Positions 23,701-38,600 of a DNA stretch of 64,000 bases are shown one piece after another (the first letter of the stretch is position 1; every line of letters starts with the position of its first letter). Under the pieces are notes generated by a model that saw only the letters and a list, made by a program, of their open reading frames with translations, searched no databases and was not told where the DNA came from. Source of the DNA: Phallusia mammillata. Taxonomy: Eukaryota. Location: the NCBI GenBank assembly GCA_965637545.1, contig OZ281498.1:3224001-3288000 (forward strand), written 5' to 3'. A program made the translations under genes and the position numbers.

Positions 23701-23800
23701 GTATAACATTATAAAAAAGCAACTGATCAAACATATTAATTTTTTTACTTTCAATTATTCTCTTGTTTGCAGCAAATTTGACCTTCTGGAAATACCCTAA
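20793..23800 (+). CDS. CPTP: Ceramide-1-phosphate transfer protein (GLTP superfamily), 228 aa, 5 exons
   Basis: Exons 20793-20944, 21687-21867, 22708-22856, 22928-23104, 23773-23800 total 687 nt. Motifs YLDAWEELIRFLNSMGKAFTFVSSDVVDK, SGSRTLLRLHRALKF, YHPWIVQKAV and C-terminal LYSKFDLLEIP match CPTP/GLTPD1. Confidence 0.9.
21912..22160. mobile_element. hAT-type MITE, CCAGTCTGCA family, copy 2 (CPTP intron 2)
   Basis: TIRs CCAGTCTGCA / TGCAGACTGG; perfect 8-bp TSD CTTATAGG (21904-21911 and 22161-22168). Confidence 0.93.
22340..22492. repeat. Old dispersed repeat, copy A (homologous to about 40188-40345)
   Basis: Shared blocks in the same order and spacing in both copies: AGTTTGTACTTT(T)ACAT, GGCACAGTAC, ATTTTCAAC and CCCATGAGTTTCTGCCTGCAGAA. 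Confidence 0.6.
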
Positions 23801-24479
23801 AATGAAATTTAAACAACTGTACGATGTGGAACTCACTGTGTTGCATGAGACTTCGGTGTTGTTTGGAGCTGTGCAATATCAACATTTGTTATGTACACAT
23901 GAATTACACAATGACTTGTTAGGAGACTTCCACAAAAGGGTCAAGGATGCGTTTTTTGTGCAGTATATTGTTGTTTGTTACACGAAATGTCAAAATGCTT
24001 TCTGTTTCGGCCATAACACCACAATACAAATTTTCGGTAAAACTGTTTATCAAAATAAATCTTGCCTTTGCCATTCCTAATGTGAAGCTGTTAACAAAAT
24101 TTTATGTAATTGTTTTATATTCTGCAATTGATATGTTACTTGTTCTTTATTGTTGCGATATATTTTTATGTACTACGGTGTGCTTTTAGGTGATTATTTT
24201 TTATTTAATGGTTAGGCATTACTTTCTCACAGTAATGTCCAACAATTTGTTTTTTCAAAGTTGTTTAATCAAACACTGTAAGCACTGCATAACCCGCCTT
24301 AAGTTGACAAGAATGATTTAAGCTTACATGCTCTCGGCTGTAACAGTTTTTTGCAGTTGCAATAAAATGTTAAGTCCAGTTTGCTTTTGGGTTGTTGTAC
24401 AATGTCATATACAGGAGGTCCCTCAATTCCCCGCTAGATCTACTAACCAAAGGACTCACAGTAGAGAAGCTTGCAAAAT

Positions 24480-24669
24480 GTAGTTGGGTGGCACAAAGAG
24501 CATTTGCAAATATTTAAAATGTTGACGGTTAGGGCTATTAGGGTTGGGCTGAGGATTTGTAATAACAATAAAATTAAACTAAAACCTAGTTCGTGATGCT
24601 AAATTTAGTTCCTAGCCCTTTTCCAGTCTCACTGTTATTTAAAATCTGCGCTCTTTACGCCATCTACTG
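24480..24669. mobile_element. Fold-back/MITE-like element with TAGGG motifs, copy A
   Basis: The arm GGTGGCACAAAGAGC...GACGGTTAGGGCTATTAGGGTT is paired with the inverted arm CTAGCCC...GCGCTCTTTACGCCATCTACTG. The same arm occurs at about 29098 and, reversed, at about 30450. Confidence 0.55.
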
Positions 24670-24949
24670 GTGTTTAGCAAACTTTTCTACTGTGAGTTCT
24701 TGTGTTAGTAGCTCGACCTAATTTCCCAGTGCGATCCCCAAACGTTTCTAGAATCGCTCCTAACTTCCAACCACACCAAACTCTTCAGTGTTCGTTATAG
24801 GACAGTTTACTCTGGCAATGCTACATAGGACCAAACTTTAAGCACAATATGGTTTGCACTCGTTTATTATCGACAAATCACCAGTGTTAAATAAATTATT
24901 GTATCAATTCAAATTTGCATCCTAAAACTGGAACATCCTCGAGCAGCAG

Positions 24950-27900
24950 TTACTTCGGCATAAGACGATCAATGCTGCCGCGCTTCTCCAAACGTTTTTC
25001 CATTTCCACCAGCAAATTGACGCCATCAATGACTTCTTGCACCAGTTGAACTTCGGACTTGCCTAGTCGGTCCAGGTTCGAAATATCGAAGGTGCCCCCA
25101 ACAGCTGCGGTGTCGACTCCACCAGTGCCGCGTTTTTGTAGTCTTGAACAATAGAGTTGAGTTGTTATTATTATCTGTATATTATACATAACGACACATT
25201 TGCACTGAACAATCAACAAGCCGGAAATAGCAGCGCAATGTTAAATGTTATGGAGCGAAAACTAGAGGATGGCACAGCTGGTGGATGATTCTGCACTTGC
25301 AGCTACATCGTATTCAGTCGGTTCGCACAGGTTCTATAGAACCGTCTCACGGATTTTTATAAGATCAGCGAACCGGTTAGCATTACTGGTTACTGTCAAT
25401 GGACTTTTTGTAACAGAAACGGCCGAAATATATGACGTTTGTGATAGAACCGGCTGACAAAAAATTAATCCCACCACTGAACGTATTATAAAGCGTTGTG
25501 TGGCAGGGGCTTACCAGAGAGTTTGATGCACTGTCACTTGTCAGTATAACACGGCAGGGGGTAACATTGGTGAAACCAGTCGAGGGACGCTAGAATCTAA
25601 CCACCCGTGTTAGGAAAAAGGGTGTGATTCAATACAACAAAATACCATGAAATATGTTTAACAGCAAAGTTTTCTAACCTCAGTTTGTCAAGAATGTCAT
25701 TGAATCGCTTGTCCTTGCTAAGCAGGGGTAGCTTGACATGGACACCGCATCTCAGTCCGTTGCCACAGTTTGATGGGCAGGTAAGAATGTAACCAAGGTT
25801 TTCTGATTTCTGAAATTCCCATCCGATTTCCTAAAGGTTAATACCACACTTGTAAGGCAAGTGATAGTGCTTTTACAAAACATTGTGCACTAAGCTGCTA
25901 CGCCTGGCTTGCAAATACAGCGTTTGTGATCAACAGCCTTTACCAAAAACACAACAACAAAAAGATACAATTTGTTAGATAGCACAATTTCGTTGACTAA
26001 TTTTTCTAATTTATATTTGTTTTTTCCAAGCCTCAAAGATTTTCGTAGTTTTACCTTGACAAAATGTTGTACCAAAACGAATTCGTAACAAACAAATCCC
26101 GTCTTTGATAGTACTGTGTTTTCCTAAGTATAAACCATACATACCCCAACAACTTTCTCGATTTGGTTGACGCCTTTGCAAAAGCGGGCAAACACAGACT
26201 TCATGTCACCGCCTTTCTGCAACACAACAACAGATTTACAATTACATATCGTACATAAATTACAAAAACTATTTGACTTGCCTCCATAGAGATAAGGCGA
26301 AGATGGTCTTCTTCGTTCACCCATACCAAGAAGTTTTTCTCGTCGTTGTGGAAAATTCCACGAGCGTCCGGCCAGTCCCTAGCCATTCCTGCGCTTGTGA
26401 GCAAGGGTGAGACCGGTTTGTCAAACAAGAAGTGATCTTCAATCAGTTTGTCCTGATCCGCTTCGGACATCGTCTTTAACGAGTAATACTGACCTGCGGT
26501 AAAATATTTGTTTTTGGATAAATATGAGGGATTAGGCCAAGCCGAGTACTCGGTTATATATATATGCGTTAGATGGTGGAAAAACACGGGTCCTGTAAGC
26601 TTAATACGCCGCTGGTGACGTAAGGGACCTTGGAAAGCTATAAAACTAGCCTGGAATTGGAAATGTTTGTGACGTCACAATACACCGGGAGTGCTCGGAC
26701 GAGCATCTCACGTTAATACTCGGTGTTCGGCCACTCAGAACACTTGCGGTTTTGGCCCATCCTAACAAATATGTGGCTGACAGACCTCTTACCGGACAAA
26801 TCCGAAGATAAGCCTTGAAACGCTGCGATGGCAATGTTTTCAACTTCACGTCGCTCGGCTCTGGAGCAAACAGGAGGATGAGGTAATCCTCGGATTGCTC
26901 TGCCAGTTCGAACACGTGACGAAAGAACATATTTTTCGTCGAGTTTGCCACCTTTGATATGGGCCGGGTTAAGGTCAATGGGATGGGTGTCGACCTCTGG
27001 GTCATAGCCGTTGTGTCTTTCCTTTATTACTGCCAGAAAAAAATACAGTAACTTAATATTCTCGACTTTTGTTTTCTATTGCCTTAAAGCCAAAATTATA
27101 AGATAACCCTGTCAATTCAAAAGGGAAGGGCATTCTTAAAATGTGTGTTTTTCGGAACGGAAAATTAGGTAACAAAATTTTCCAAACGTACCAACAAGCA
27201 TATTATTATTGTTAGTTTATTGCACATAATAACCATAATTTTATCAAAAAATGATCAATGCAAACGTTGCTTATTTTTTCATTACTACAATAGCTGTTAA
27301 TTATAACTACTGATGTACATCAGTTAGATTAGTTAACGGCAACGGTTCATTGTCACCTGGGTAAAATAGGTCTTTGAAAGTCTCGTAACTTTCTTCATCG
27401 CATGCGGTTAGTCCAACAATTTTAATGAAAGGATGCCCTTGGTTGTCTACACCAGTCTGGATGCACTGGTCCAATGTGAAACCATTTGGAGTTGTCTAAT
27501 TACAAAAATAAAAAAAATACAATCATACGCAGAAGCATGATTAAACCACACAAATGTTTCACCTAAATGTCCATTCATTAGACTTGTACAAAGCGCAAAA
27601 ATTCAAATCATAAGAACAAAACTTATGGTTTGACCAAAACTAATATATTGTTAACCAAATGTGACCATGCACGTCGTGTCTTATTTTAGAATAATCTGAT
27701 ATTTGGTATGAAAAAAATGTGCACAAGGTTACTTAATTTTTCGAAACAAGCATAGATGGACATACTGGTTAATAAGCTCTGATTTAACCTGTTTTTTAAC
27801 ACCCCTGTAAAAACGTAACGTTTTGACTACTGTTAGTACTTACCACATCTCTTAACTTAGCATAACATCCAGGAGTGAGATGATTTTTCATGATATTGTG

Positions 27901-28056
27901 ATGGTTCTTAAGGTCAGGAAAGTCGGCCCCTGGTGGATATTTCAATTCTCGTGTCGGTGGCAAACGAGCTCCAGCAACATGTTGTTCCCTTGTTTTGTAC
28001 CACAAAGCTGCTGAACTAGCTGCCGCAACCGCAACACCAACTTTTTTGGAAAACAT
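24950..28056 (-). CDS. CKMT: Creatine kinase, mitochondrial-type (phosphagen kinase), 405 aa, 7 exons, divergent signature
   Basis: Exons 27844-28056, 27357-27495, 26793-27029, 26282-26493, 26145-26216, 25679-25830, 24950-25142 total 1218 nt. N-terminal extension then [10 protein letters not shown]; [80 protein letters not shown]. One GC-AG intron. Confidence 0.9.
25275..25479. mobile_element. Decayed hAT-like MITE in CKMT intron 6
   Basis: CAGCTGGTGGATGATT and AATTAATCCCACCACTG are imperfect inverted ends with internal GAACCGG motifs; no TSD. Confidence 0.4.
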
Positions 28057-29091
28057 CTTTGTCTATCGCGTTAACTAAAGTTCGAGGTTTTTTTCCCAAA
28101 TACACCAAAGCAGCCACTTTGCTTCGACTAATTTAAAATTGTGTCAAATTGCATTGATCGAACAAACGATGAAACAATGGTATTTGTCTGCCCTTGTCGC
28201 GTTAATAATTGACTGTATAAACCGCAAAACCAACAACAAAAATTGCGAAAAAAAATTAAAGTTGGAATTTTCTAAACTAATACACAAAACTTTGCTCCAA
28301 ACTGTATCTAAAATCAAACAATCAGTTTGATTGCTTTTATTAAGCATTTTTTTCGTTTTTTAGGCCACGTTATAGTTTTGTCTGCCATTAAATCGGCATG
28401 TGAAGTCACGTACAAGGGTGTTTAACTAGGGGGCAGAACAAACGGTTTGTGTAACCTTCGTGGTCCCTCAAGTCAGCACATTTGCCATACGTTTCACATT
28501 ATTAATAGGTTTCCCAAAGTCAGATGGTCATATACCTGAAATTGTGACAGTTCTTTACATATTTAACTACGTGGGTTGGATATAATACTGAAGTTCCCCC
28601 CCTGAAGTTTGCTGTGTATATTTCCACTTTAAATTTTACACATACGCATTGTTTTGAACCAAAACAGTATATTTTCATGTAATATAGTCTTAAGCGCGTG
28701 GGAAAATATTAAGTTTTTTGTGAAACTGGTCATAGTCACCATGTTGCAGTTTGTCTTTATCGTTGCAGGGAAATCTTATGATTAAAAAGTCAGAATGAAC
28801 TTTACTTGCTGTCAATCAAAATCTATACATCTCGCCTTGTTCTTTATTGTAAGCTTATTATTTTTTTAAATGTTTAAATATGTATCCTTTTTACGGTAAC
28901 CCATTATTTTAATCCTTATTTAAAGTGCATGAATGAGTTAATTTTATACAAAAAATTGGTAGATAACGACAAAACAATAGTCTAACTCTAAACAGACAAG
29001 TTTGTTAGTTTAGTCTTTCGGGGGCTTCTTTTCTTGTCAAAGCGGAACATGCTAACACCATAACTCACGTCAGCCGCACATTTCGCAAATT

Positions 29092-29360
29092 TTCGATGGG
29101 TGGCGCAAAGAGCACATTTGAAACGGTATCTCTAAAACTGCTGACGGCTAGGGCTATAGGGTTGAGGTAGAGTATTATCATTTAAACTTGAATCAAACAA
29201 ACTCAAAAACTTTGATCCTAAGAAATTTTTGAAAACTTACTTCACAATTTTTTTTTCACGGGGTTCGAACCCAGGACACTCCCGGGGACGAATCCCGATC
29301 AGATTTTTTATGTCTTTTAACCGCAAAATTAACAATTCAACCCTGTGCGCCACTTATCGG
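29092..29360. mobile_element. Fold-back/MITE-like element with TAGGG motifs, copy B
   Basis: GGGTGGCGCAAAGAGCAC...GACGGCTAGGGCTATAGGGTT with an inverted end CCCTGTGCGCCACTT. Confidence 0.5.
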
Positions 29361-30315
29361 CATTTAGCTAAATGTGGGGTTGCCGTGAGCTACGGTGTTA
29401 GTAGCTCTCCCAGCCCAATCCCACCCTGTTTCTCTCACACGGTTTGTTACATTTTTGGACTCTCTCATATGGTTCCACCAACACCTTCTTCGCACCGCCA
29501 CATGTGGCCATCATCTGCGAAATATGGTATTTAAAACTGTTTTATACATGCAATATCAATTTACGGTGTCGTTGTTATTTGGCGGAAAAAACTTTTAATT
29601 ATTTTTTTTATCTATGGTTTTATATTGTGTTTACTGGTGTTTTTCCGGCACTGTTAGATGACATATGTGTCGTAAATGATTTGGAAATGTGGCCTAATAT
29701 TTGGAAAATGTGGCCTGATATTTGATTGTGGTGCGAATTTTTACGAAAAATGTTGTAGCTTAGGTATAGATAGAAAACTTCCACCCCACCACAAACCCAG
29801 CACATTTTTGAATTCCTAAATCATCCACAAACGTTTTTATAACTGTCGGATTACAACATTTTTCCTGCATCTGATTATGATTAACCAACTTAACCAACTA
29901 AACGCCGTTTATTTGCTATGCCTGTTACAGAGATGCAGATCGAAGTAAAGTTGCTAAAAGCCAAAGAAGCTTTGGAGAAATTTATAGAAACGTAGGTTAA
30001 AACATTGGTTGGTATTTCAGAATTTAATTAAAATCTCAGGATCAGTTAATCAGGATTTTCATTTTTGTGGATTGGGGATTTTCCGGCGTCGTCTCTGCGC
30101 AACAACAAGAAGATCATCTGTTCTATCCGTTTCTTTATGTAAAAACTAAAATGATATTTGTTGTTGCGAAAATGCGTTGGGCTATTTACCTAAAATTGGT
30201 AAACAGGAAAACAATACCTTTTATTTGGGACTCCATACAAAAGGCGCAAGAATAGTTTTTATTCATACTCACCGAAGCGAGACAAAAATAACGTAACGAT
30301 ATATTTGGTTGGGTA

Positions 30316-30537
30316 CAGCTAGGTGGCGCAAAGGGCTGAATTATTTATTTCGCAGTCAAAGAGGGGTTGCGTTGGGAACTAAGTTTTTGTAAATTTTACA
30401 TTAGGAACTGAGTTTTATAGTTACTTTTTTAAACTTTTATTGATAACACCTTACCCCAACCCTAATAGCCCTAACCGTCATCATTGTTTGCAGATATACC
30501 GTTTTAAATAGGGATTCGTGCTCTTTGCGACACTTAT
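30316..30537. mobile_element. Fold-back/MITE-like element with TAGGG motifs, copy C
   Basis: CAGCTAGGTGGCGCAAAGGGC paired with AACCCTAATAGCCCTAACCGTC...GTGCTCTTTGCGACAC, the reverse complement of the arm in copies A and B. Confidence 0.55.
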
Positions 30538-32317
30538 CAAAATTTACCGAAATGTTGATGAAAGTGGATGTTCCGTGCATTTGCTACCTTAGAGTTTTGA
30601 TATTCTGTGGTCGATATTATAATAGGTAATGCATTAGTTAAAATTGCATCAATTTCAACACCAATTTATAGTGCGATTGTGTAGCAATGTGTGTTTTATA
30701 TTTTTGTGTTTTTTTTAAGCGCAACATCAGACACTTCAAGGCACTTTTGTCTTTCCTTTAAACTTTAAAGTCTAGCGGCCTTAGATTGCGTTTTCTAAAA
30801 CACTCCCTAGCACTTACGCAATTCGTTTCCTGCAGCTGCCTTTGTTGTACAATAATTATTTCTTTTGTTTCGGAGCGACAATAACTTCACTCCGAGTTAC
30901 AATAACGCCATGTCATTTGACTATATATTTGTGCTTGATTAAAAAAAATACCGCACATGTCAGGAAGTTGGGATCGGTATTTTTAAAAATCGAAATCCTA
31001 GCAAAACTTTAGGAAGCAGAACTGGAGAAAAATCAATAAAAAGCGGATCAAGATAAAACACCCTGTTGGAGATTACGGTGTATCTGGGTCTGCAAACTAC
31101 TTGTCATTAAGTGGAAGTATTGCCTTAACTCAACCAAATGTCAGTAGCGTTATGCAAACCACTAAACACTGCTGTTGTACTTGTAAGTACTCAATCCGCG
31201 ATACTGTGCAAACATTGTTATAAATTTGGACACGTTGGTTCAAAACACTAATTTATGGCACCAAAAATGTGCATTCATAAAATTTTGTGAGACCAGGGCC
31301 TATTTTACGCCAATAACATTGAAGCGAATTTATTTACTTTTAAAATGCGATAATTAATGTCTTACGAACATTAGTTTATACTGGGACAAATAGTTTTGGC
31401 CTTACGACCGTTCAACTGGTGTAGTTGTTTGTTTTTGGGTCAAGTTGAAAATCCCTACTTTGTACAGATTTCGACAGGTACGACACATGGTCTGATCTAA
31501 ATCGATGAACGAATGTGATGATGCAATCTTGCCTTGCATTCGTTGGAGGAAAAAATCAATGACACATACTCACAGTTCGAGAACATGTTACATTACTCAT
31601 ATTCAACATCAATAGTAATTTTAAAACAACAATGCAAGCACCGATTTTTTGACGAATAATAAGAATACAAAATTTGTGATTGCCATTGTACTGTAGCAAT
31701 AATGTTAATACCCAGTAAGTAGTGAAATAAGGCAAAATCGTTCATAAATTTAAATTTGTTCTTAAAGCGTTACATTTGAAAATTGGGTGGAAAAACATTT
31801 TTGCTTCGCACACACCAGAAAAGGTTGATGTAGATAAAACATTGCACTTGTGAAATAGAGAACTGAAGAAAGGGTAATACAGCAGTATCCCAATGCATAC
31901 ACGGGGGGAAAGACATGTGAATATTTCATGAGCGCCTGCATTTCTTTACCAAAGTCAATATTACAGAATCTAACTCAATGCAAGCTGTTTTGCCAACCAG
32001 ACTAAACATCAGCACTAAAGTTTTCAAGTTTGTGTTGTTTATATCATTCACATAAATTTAGCATTTTTTTCGAAAAGGTTTATAAATTTGAAAATAAACT
32101 TGTCCCAGTTTTATACACTTTATGCAACTAGATCATGCAGGAGTTTCACAACCAACACCTCATGCAGACAATTTTGGTACCACGGTAATAACGTAATTAA
32201 ATACAACCATATCATGGTCACAATTAAATAAATAATACATGCTTTGCGAAGAAAGTCAAGGAATCGTATTTTAGGCTGTTTGCTACCTAATACATACTAC
32301 ATGCAACAATTTAGAAG

Positions 32318-34264
<1,947 letters not shown>

Positions 34265-34271
34265 TTACCAC

Positions 34272-35620
34272 CTGAAATATATTTAACATTACATTTTTAA
34301 TCTTGTTCCATCATGTTCAAGGTAAATTTTACCACTTAACAAATTCTTCCCTAGTTCGTATTAAACGATGTGAAAATATGACTTGACACGAAACAAACAA
34401 AATGTCTGCCTTTGTGCTTTGTCGCGTACTTGTATAAAAACGTACATTAGATGCCCCGGTCGGACTGTTACAAACAAGCAAAATACCTTTAACATTTACA
34501 TGATAAGCAAATAAAACTGCTAAGTTTGGTAGTTGTCATCTTTTGCACGCAACTACAACAGAATAAATTGTTCTCTCTTTACTGAAATTTTCATCATGAT
34601 TTACTCAACTCTAAAACGGCGTACGCATGGTCGCTCAACCATGACCAATCAGAACGCCACCAAAGCGACGAACGACTCGAAAAGTGCTTTGTACTTTTAT
34701 TGCAACTGTCGACACCAGGTGTATGTTAAGAGATTTATTTTGACATATAACATAAGTTTAAGTAATGTATATTTGTTTAGAATGTCAAAATACGCTCCCA
34801 ACCACACAACGGCGAAGCATTTGCTGTATTACTTCCACTACCTTCCCGTTCTTGATCTCACAAAGGCAATATCTGTCTGCCCTGCCGCCAACAACGGGAC
34901 AGTCTGGTCGTTTGCTCTCATCCGTTTAATAAAGGTGACGTCAAAATAAAGAAACAAAAATATCTGCTCACTTTTGTGATCAACCAATCACAGTTTGGCG
35001 CTAGGAGCTAACATCAACCAATGGAAATCCAGTATTTCGGGTTGCGACCTTTTGCACACGGCACTGACGTACTATCATGTTGTTGTGCTCCATTTTCAAT
35101 TGAGAGAACCCGGGTATAACGAAATAGATTTTTGAAATACCACGTTTCTATGAAATTTAAAGTGGTATCTAGTGTAGACTTTGAAAAGGAAAGGTTGTTC
35201 CAATACTCAAAAGAGTATTTTTTGATTATTCGGGTGTACGTTACAATTTTCTTGGACAAGATTTAAGAAGCAAGTTTGATTGAAGGCATATGTTGGTTTA
35301 GCACAGCAGTCTGCAGTTTTGTCTCTCAGCGTTTTATTTTGTTGTTTCTGCTGTCAATTTAAAATTAGCATTTAATTTTGCATCAACTGCATAACAGCCA
35401 CAGGAAATGTTCAGGCTTAGTCAAAATTTTTACCTTTTTTGCTTTGTCAAGTCTCACTGTCAACCACAGTTACCTCACTGACTCTAGGAATTGTTGCTTG
35501 AGTGCATTTTTTTACATTGGTAATTGCGTAAGTTATTTATGCTTATATTCTTTACCAAACTTTATTTTTTATCAAACCAGTGTTGTAGAGAATGTTAGAG
35601 TTCAGTTGTATTACACATAG
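34272..35620. promoter_or_regulatory. Probable bidirectional promoter between head-to-head KLC (-) and SAP130 (+)
   Basis: The start codons are 1.44 kb apart. CCAAT boxes GACCAATCAG (34643) and CCAATCA (34984), a perfect CRE palindrome TGACGTCA (34936-34943), an E2F-like TTTGGCGC (34994-35001), and local CpG enrichment. Confidence 0.55.
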
Positions 35621-35666
35621 AAATGCCTTGGCACAGTATTTGTGAATAAAAATTGCCAACCTAAAC

Positions 35667-38600
35667 ATGTCTGTTAACAATACATCACCAACAATCTCGG
35701 TTCCTGTATCCATCCCAATTAACCCGGCGTTTTCCTTAAATGATGTTAGCGCGGTTTTGTCAACTGGCAGCACAAAACCTCCTTTGCAGTCACAGGTTGT
35801 GTATCAGCCTATTAGCAAGGTGTCTATTAACCCAATGCCAGCTCCTACAAATTCAACACCAATGGGTGTTCAGGTAAGTTATGTTTGTATTCTAAAATCT
35901 TTGGCTTGTTTTAAAGCAATATATTTTGTAATTTAAAGAACACAACTTTTACCAATAAAATCTGTGAATGCTGTTTTTAGGACAATTCCTCAGTGAAACA
36001 AACAGCTAGTACTGCCCCGGTGTCCACTGGTAGTACACCTGTTGCTCCGAAACAAGTTATCACCAGACTACCCAACCAGATTACCCAACCTCAAAAGACA
36101 TTTGGCAAACATCAGCTTCCTGTTCGTTCAGTTCCAGCTTTAGTTTCTGTCTTACCCCATGTTATACCCAGATCTACATCTGCTGTTAACACTGTCTCAA
36201 CAGCTTTGTTAGATCCTGGCGGTGGAGGAGGTGGCTTTCCAGCAAAAGGTGTCGCTTTGCAACCTGCCAGTTTACCAGCTGCTAAGCAAAAGGTAAAATA
36301 TATGCAACACAAACGTTTGTTAGTTTTTGCAATTTTTAAAAAAAGCGACATATTATATTTCTTAGGGATTAGAATAAATGTCATTGTTAGGATTAGATAC
36401 ACACATATTTAGCATATAACCGGTATATATTTTTTATCAGTTTCAAGCTCAACATGTTTTAATGGCTCCTGGCTTGAGAACTCCAGCACCCATAAAGTAT
36501 TCCCAATTCCAGCCAACAGTAAGTAATGCCAGATAAAGCATCAGTATTTAAATTACTTTGTCTTTGTCAACCTGTAGTTTGTATGTTCCTTTTTTCAGAA
36601 ACAAAATGGCAGATGTATTTTTTGTAGCAATGTTTCAAAGAGTTTTTGGCAATAAACCTTCTTTGTTTTCAATTGCAGACTTTTGGTTCAGTGTCCTTTC
36701 AACTACCCAACCAACATCAAACTACCACTACATTGGCAGTGAAACCTCTGCAAACTGGAAACCGTGTACAACAACCTTTGGTGGTAAATATGTATAACTT
36801 CTTGCACTACTACCCAGCACCTAAACAGTAACTTTGTAAAGTAGTTTTTGTTTCGTTTAGTTGTCAAACTGTTTCTTATTTGTTTATGCTTATTGCAAAC
36901 AAAATATTTAGGTTCGATCTATTGTTCCGCAGCCACAAGGCAGGCCATCAATACCCCTTACAGTTGCTACTACACAAGAAGCACCAAGAAGGTAGGTTTA
37001 TTTACTGTAGCTTATGTATTTGTGTATAACAAACTGACTGCAAACAAAACAGCTACCTAATTTCTTGCATTGTACTCAACAAACCCTTGTTTTTCCAGAC
37101 CCAGCAGTGTACTTCATCAACCAACCACAACTATAAGCATTTCCGTAGCAGCAAGGCCCAACAGCCAACAAGAACCTATACAGTTAATTAATGCAACATC
37201 CAGGGTTTCTGTAACTTCAGCTGCAGGTAATTCAGGCATTGAATGTCATACTGCATTCAAATAGCTTGTTTGTACCGTTTGTCAAAAATATAATACAATT
37301 GAAAAAAATTCCCTTGTTCACTGAATAGTTCTATTCCGAAGTTTTTTATGATTGTCTGTGCTTTAATTTACCAAAATTGTTGTATAGGAGGGAAATCTGT
37401 GTACCAAGTGAGTATTGCATCAACTTCAGGTGTGTCTCCTATTTCTGCTGCTGCTCCAAAACTTGCAAGAAAAGTGGTTACTCCAAGGCCTGCGACCATT
37501 GTTGCAAATAATATCATTAGTAAGTACATTACTGGTATATAAACAAATTACATGTACGGAAACTAAAAAAAATATTTTTGCGTTTAGATCGTACTGCTCC
37601 AACGTCAAGTGCGTCATCAAGCATTGCCACATCTGTAACTTCTTTTACTTATTCTGCTCCCCAATCTCGTCTAGCTTCCATAGCATCAATCACCACATCT
37701 GCTGTTGCTAAGGTGTTTCCACAGCCGGTAAGAATATGTTTGTCTGTAAACTGCTGTATGTACATGTTCATATTCTCACACAACACAAATCTAGACTAGT
37801 TCTGTTAATTCCATACGCAATTTTTAAAACTTTAAAATGCAATTAGTCGGAATATAGGATTTTCTGAAATCAGTATTAACAGTACAGGTTGTTTAGACTT
37901 TACAAATTCATACGATCAAAATGTTTGTATGTTGCAACTTATGGCACTTCCTGCTTTAGCAAATACTATAATAGTTAGTTGTGTTTTCTCTCTGGCTCTG
38001 ACAAAACTTGCCAATAGTTTTGTACTGTTGATATAAACAGAAAAAACATAGACTACCAACTATGACCTTATTCTTCAACCACAGCCTTCAGTGAGTGGTA
38101 TATCAGCTCACGTCCGCACAACTGAAATCAACCAGCCTGCAACATTGGTCCGCCACACACAACCATCCACAGTAACAGCAAATCAACCATCGTCTTCTGG
38201 CAGTTCTGTCATAGCTTCAGTTGGTGCATCTTCAAGGGTAACAATGAGTTGAATAACTCAAATTCCTTTAGCGTTAGGACAAAAAAATTAGCCCAAATTT
38301 TAAATGTTTGTTGTGTTTTAGACCGTTTCATCTGTCATGCAGCCGATGATCTACATGCCCCAGGCTCCTGGCATAAGTTTAAGTTTTCCATATCATACTC
38401 CTACAGCAACATCATACACTTCAATAGGTCATGGTATTCGACCTGCATTAAATATTTCAGGTAAACTTTTTTGGTCATTTCAATTAAATTGGTGTTATAT
38501 ATGCATTTACGTTTTTAGCTCCTAATCAGTCTGCTCCAATTCGCCTGGGTTCAAACTTACTTGTAATGGAAGCCCCAAGACCTGGAACAGCACAAAGCAA

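Noticed and set aside
8634-28056. Functional mitochondrial gene cluster (MRPS25, CHDH, CKMT)
   Set aside because: Three mitochondrial proteins among about nine genes in mixed orientations is compatible with chance; no shared regulatory element was seen.
29255-29300. tRNA gene (GGGTTCGAACCC T-loop/B-box-like motif)
   Set aside because: No A box, anticodon arm or acceptor stem can be built; it lies inside a fold-back repeat.
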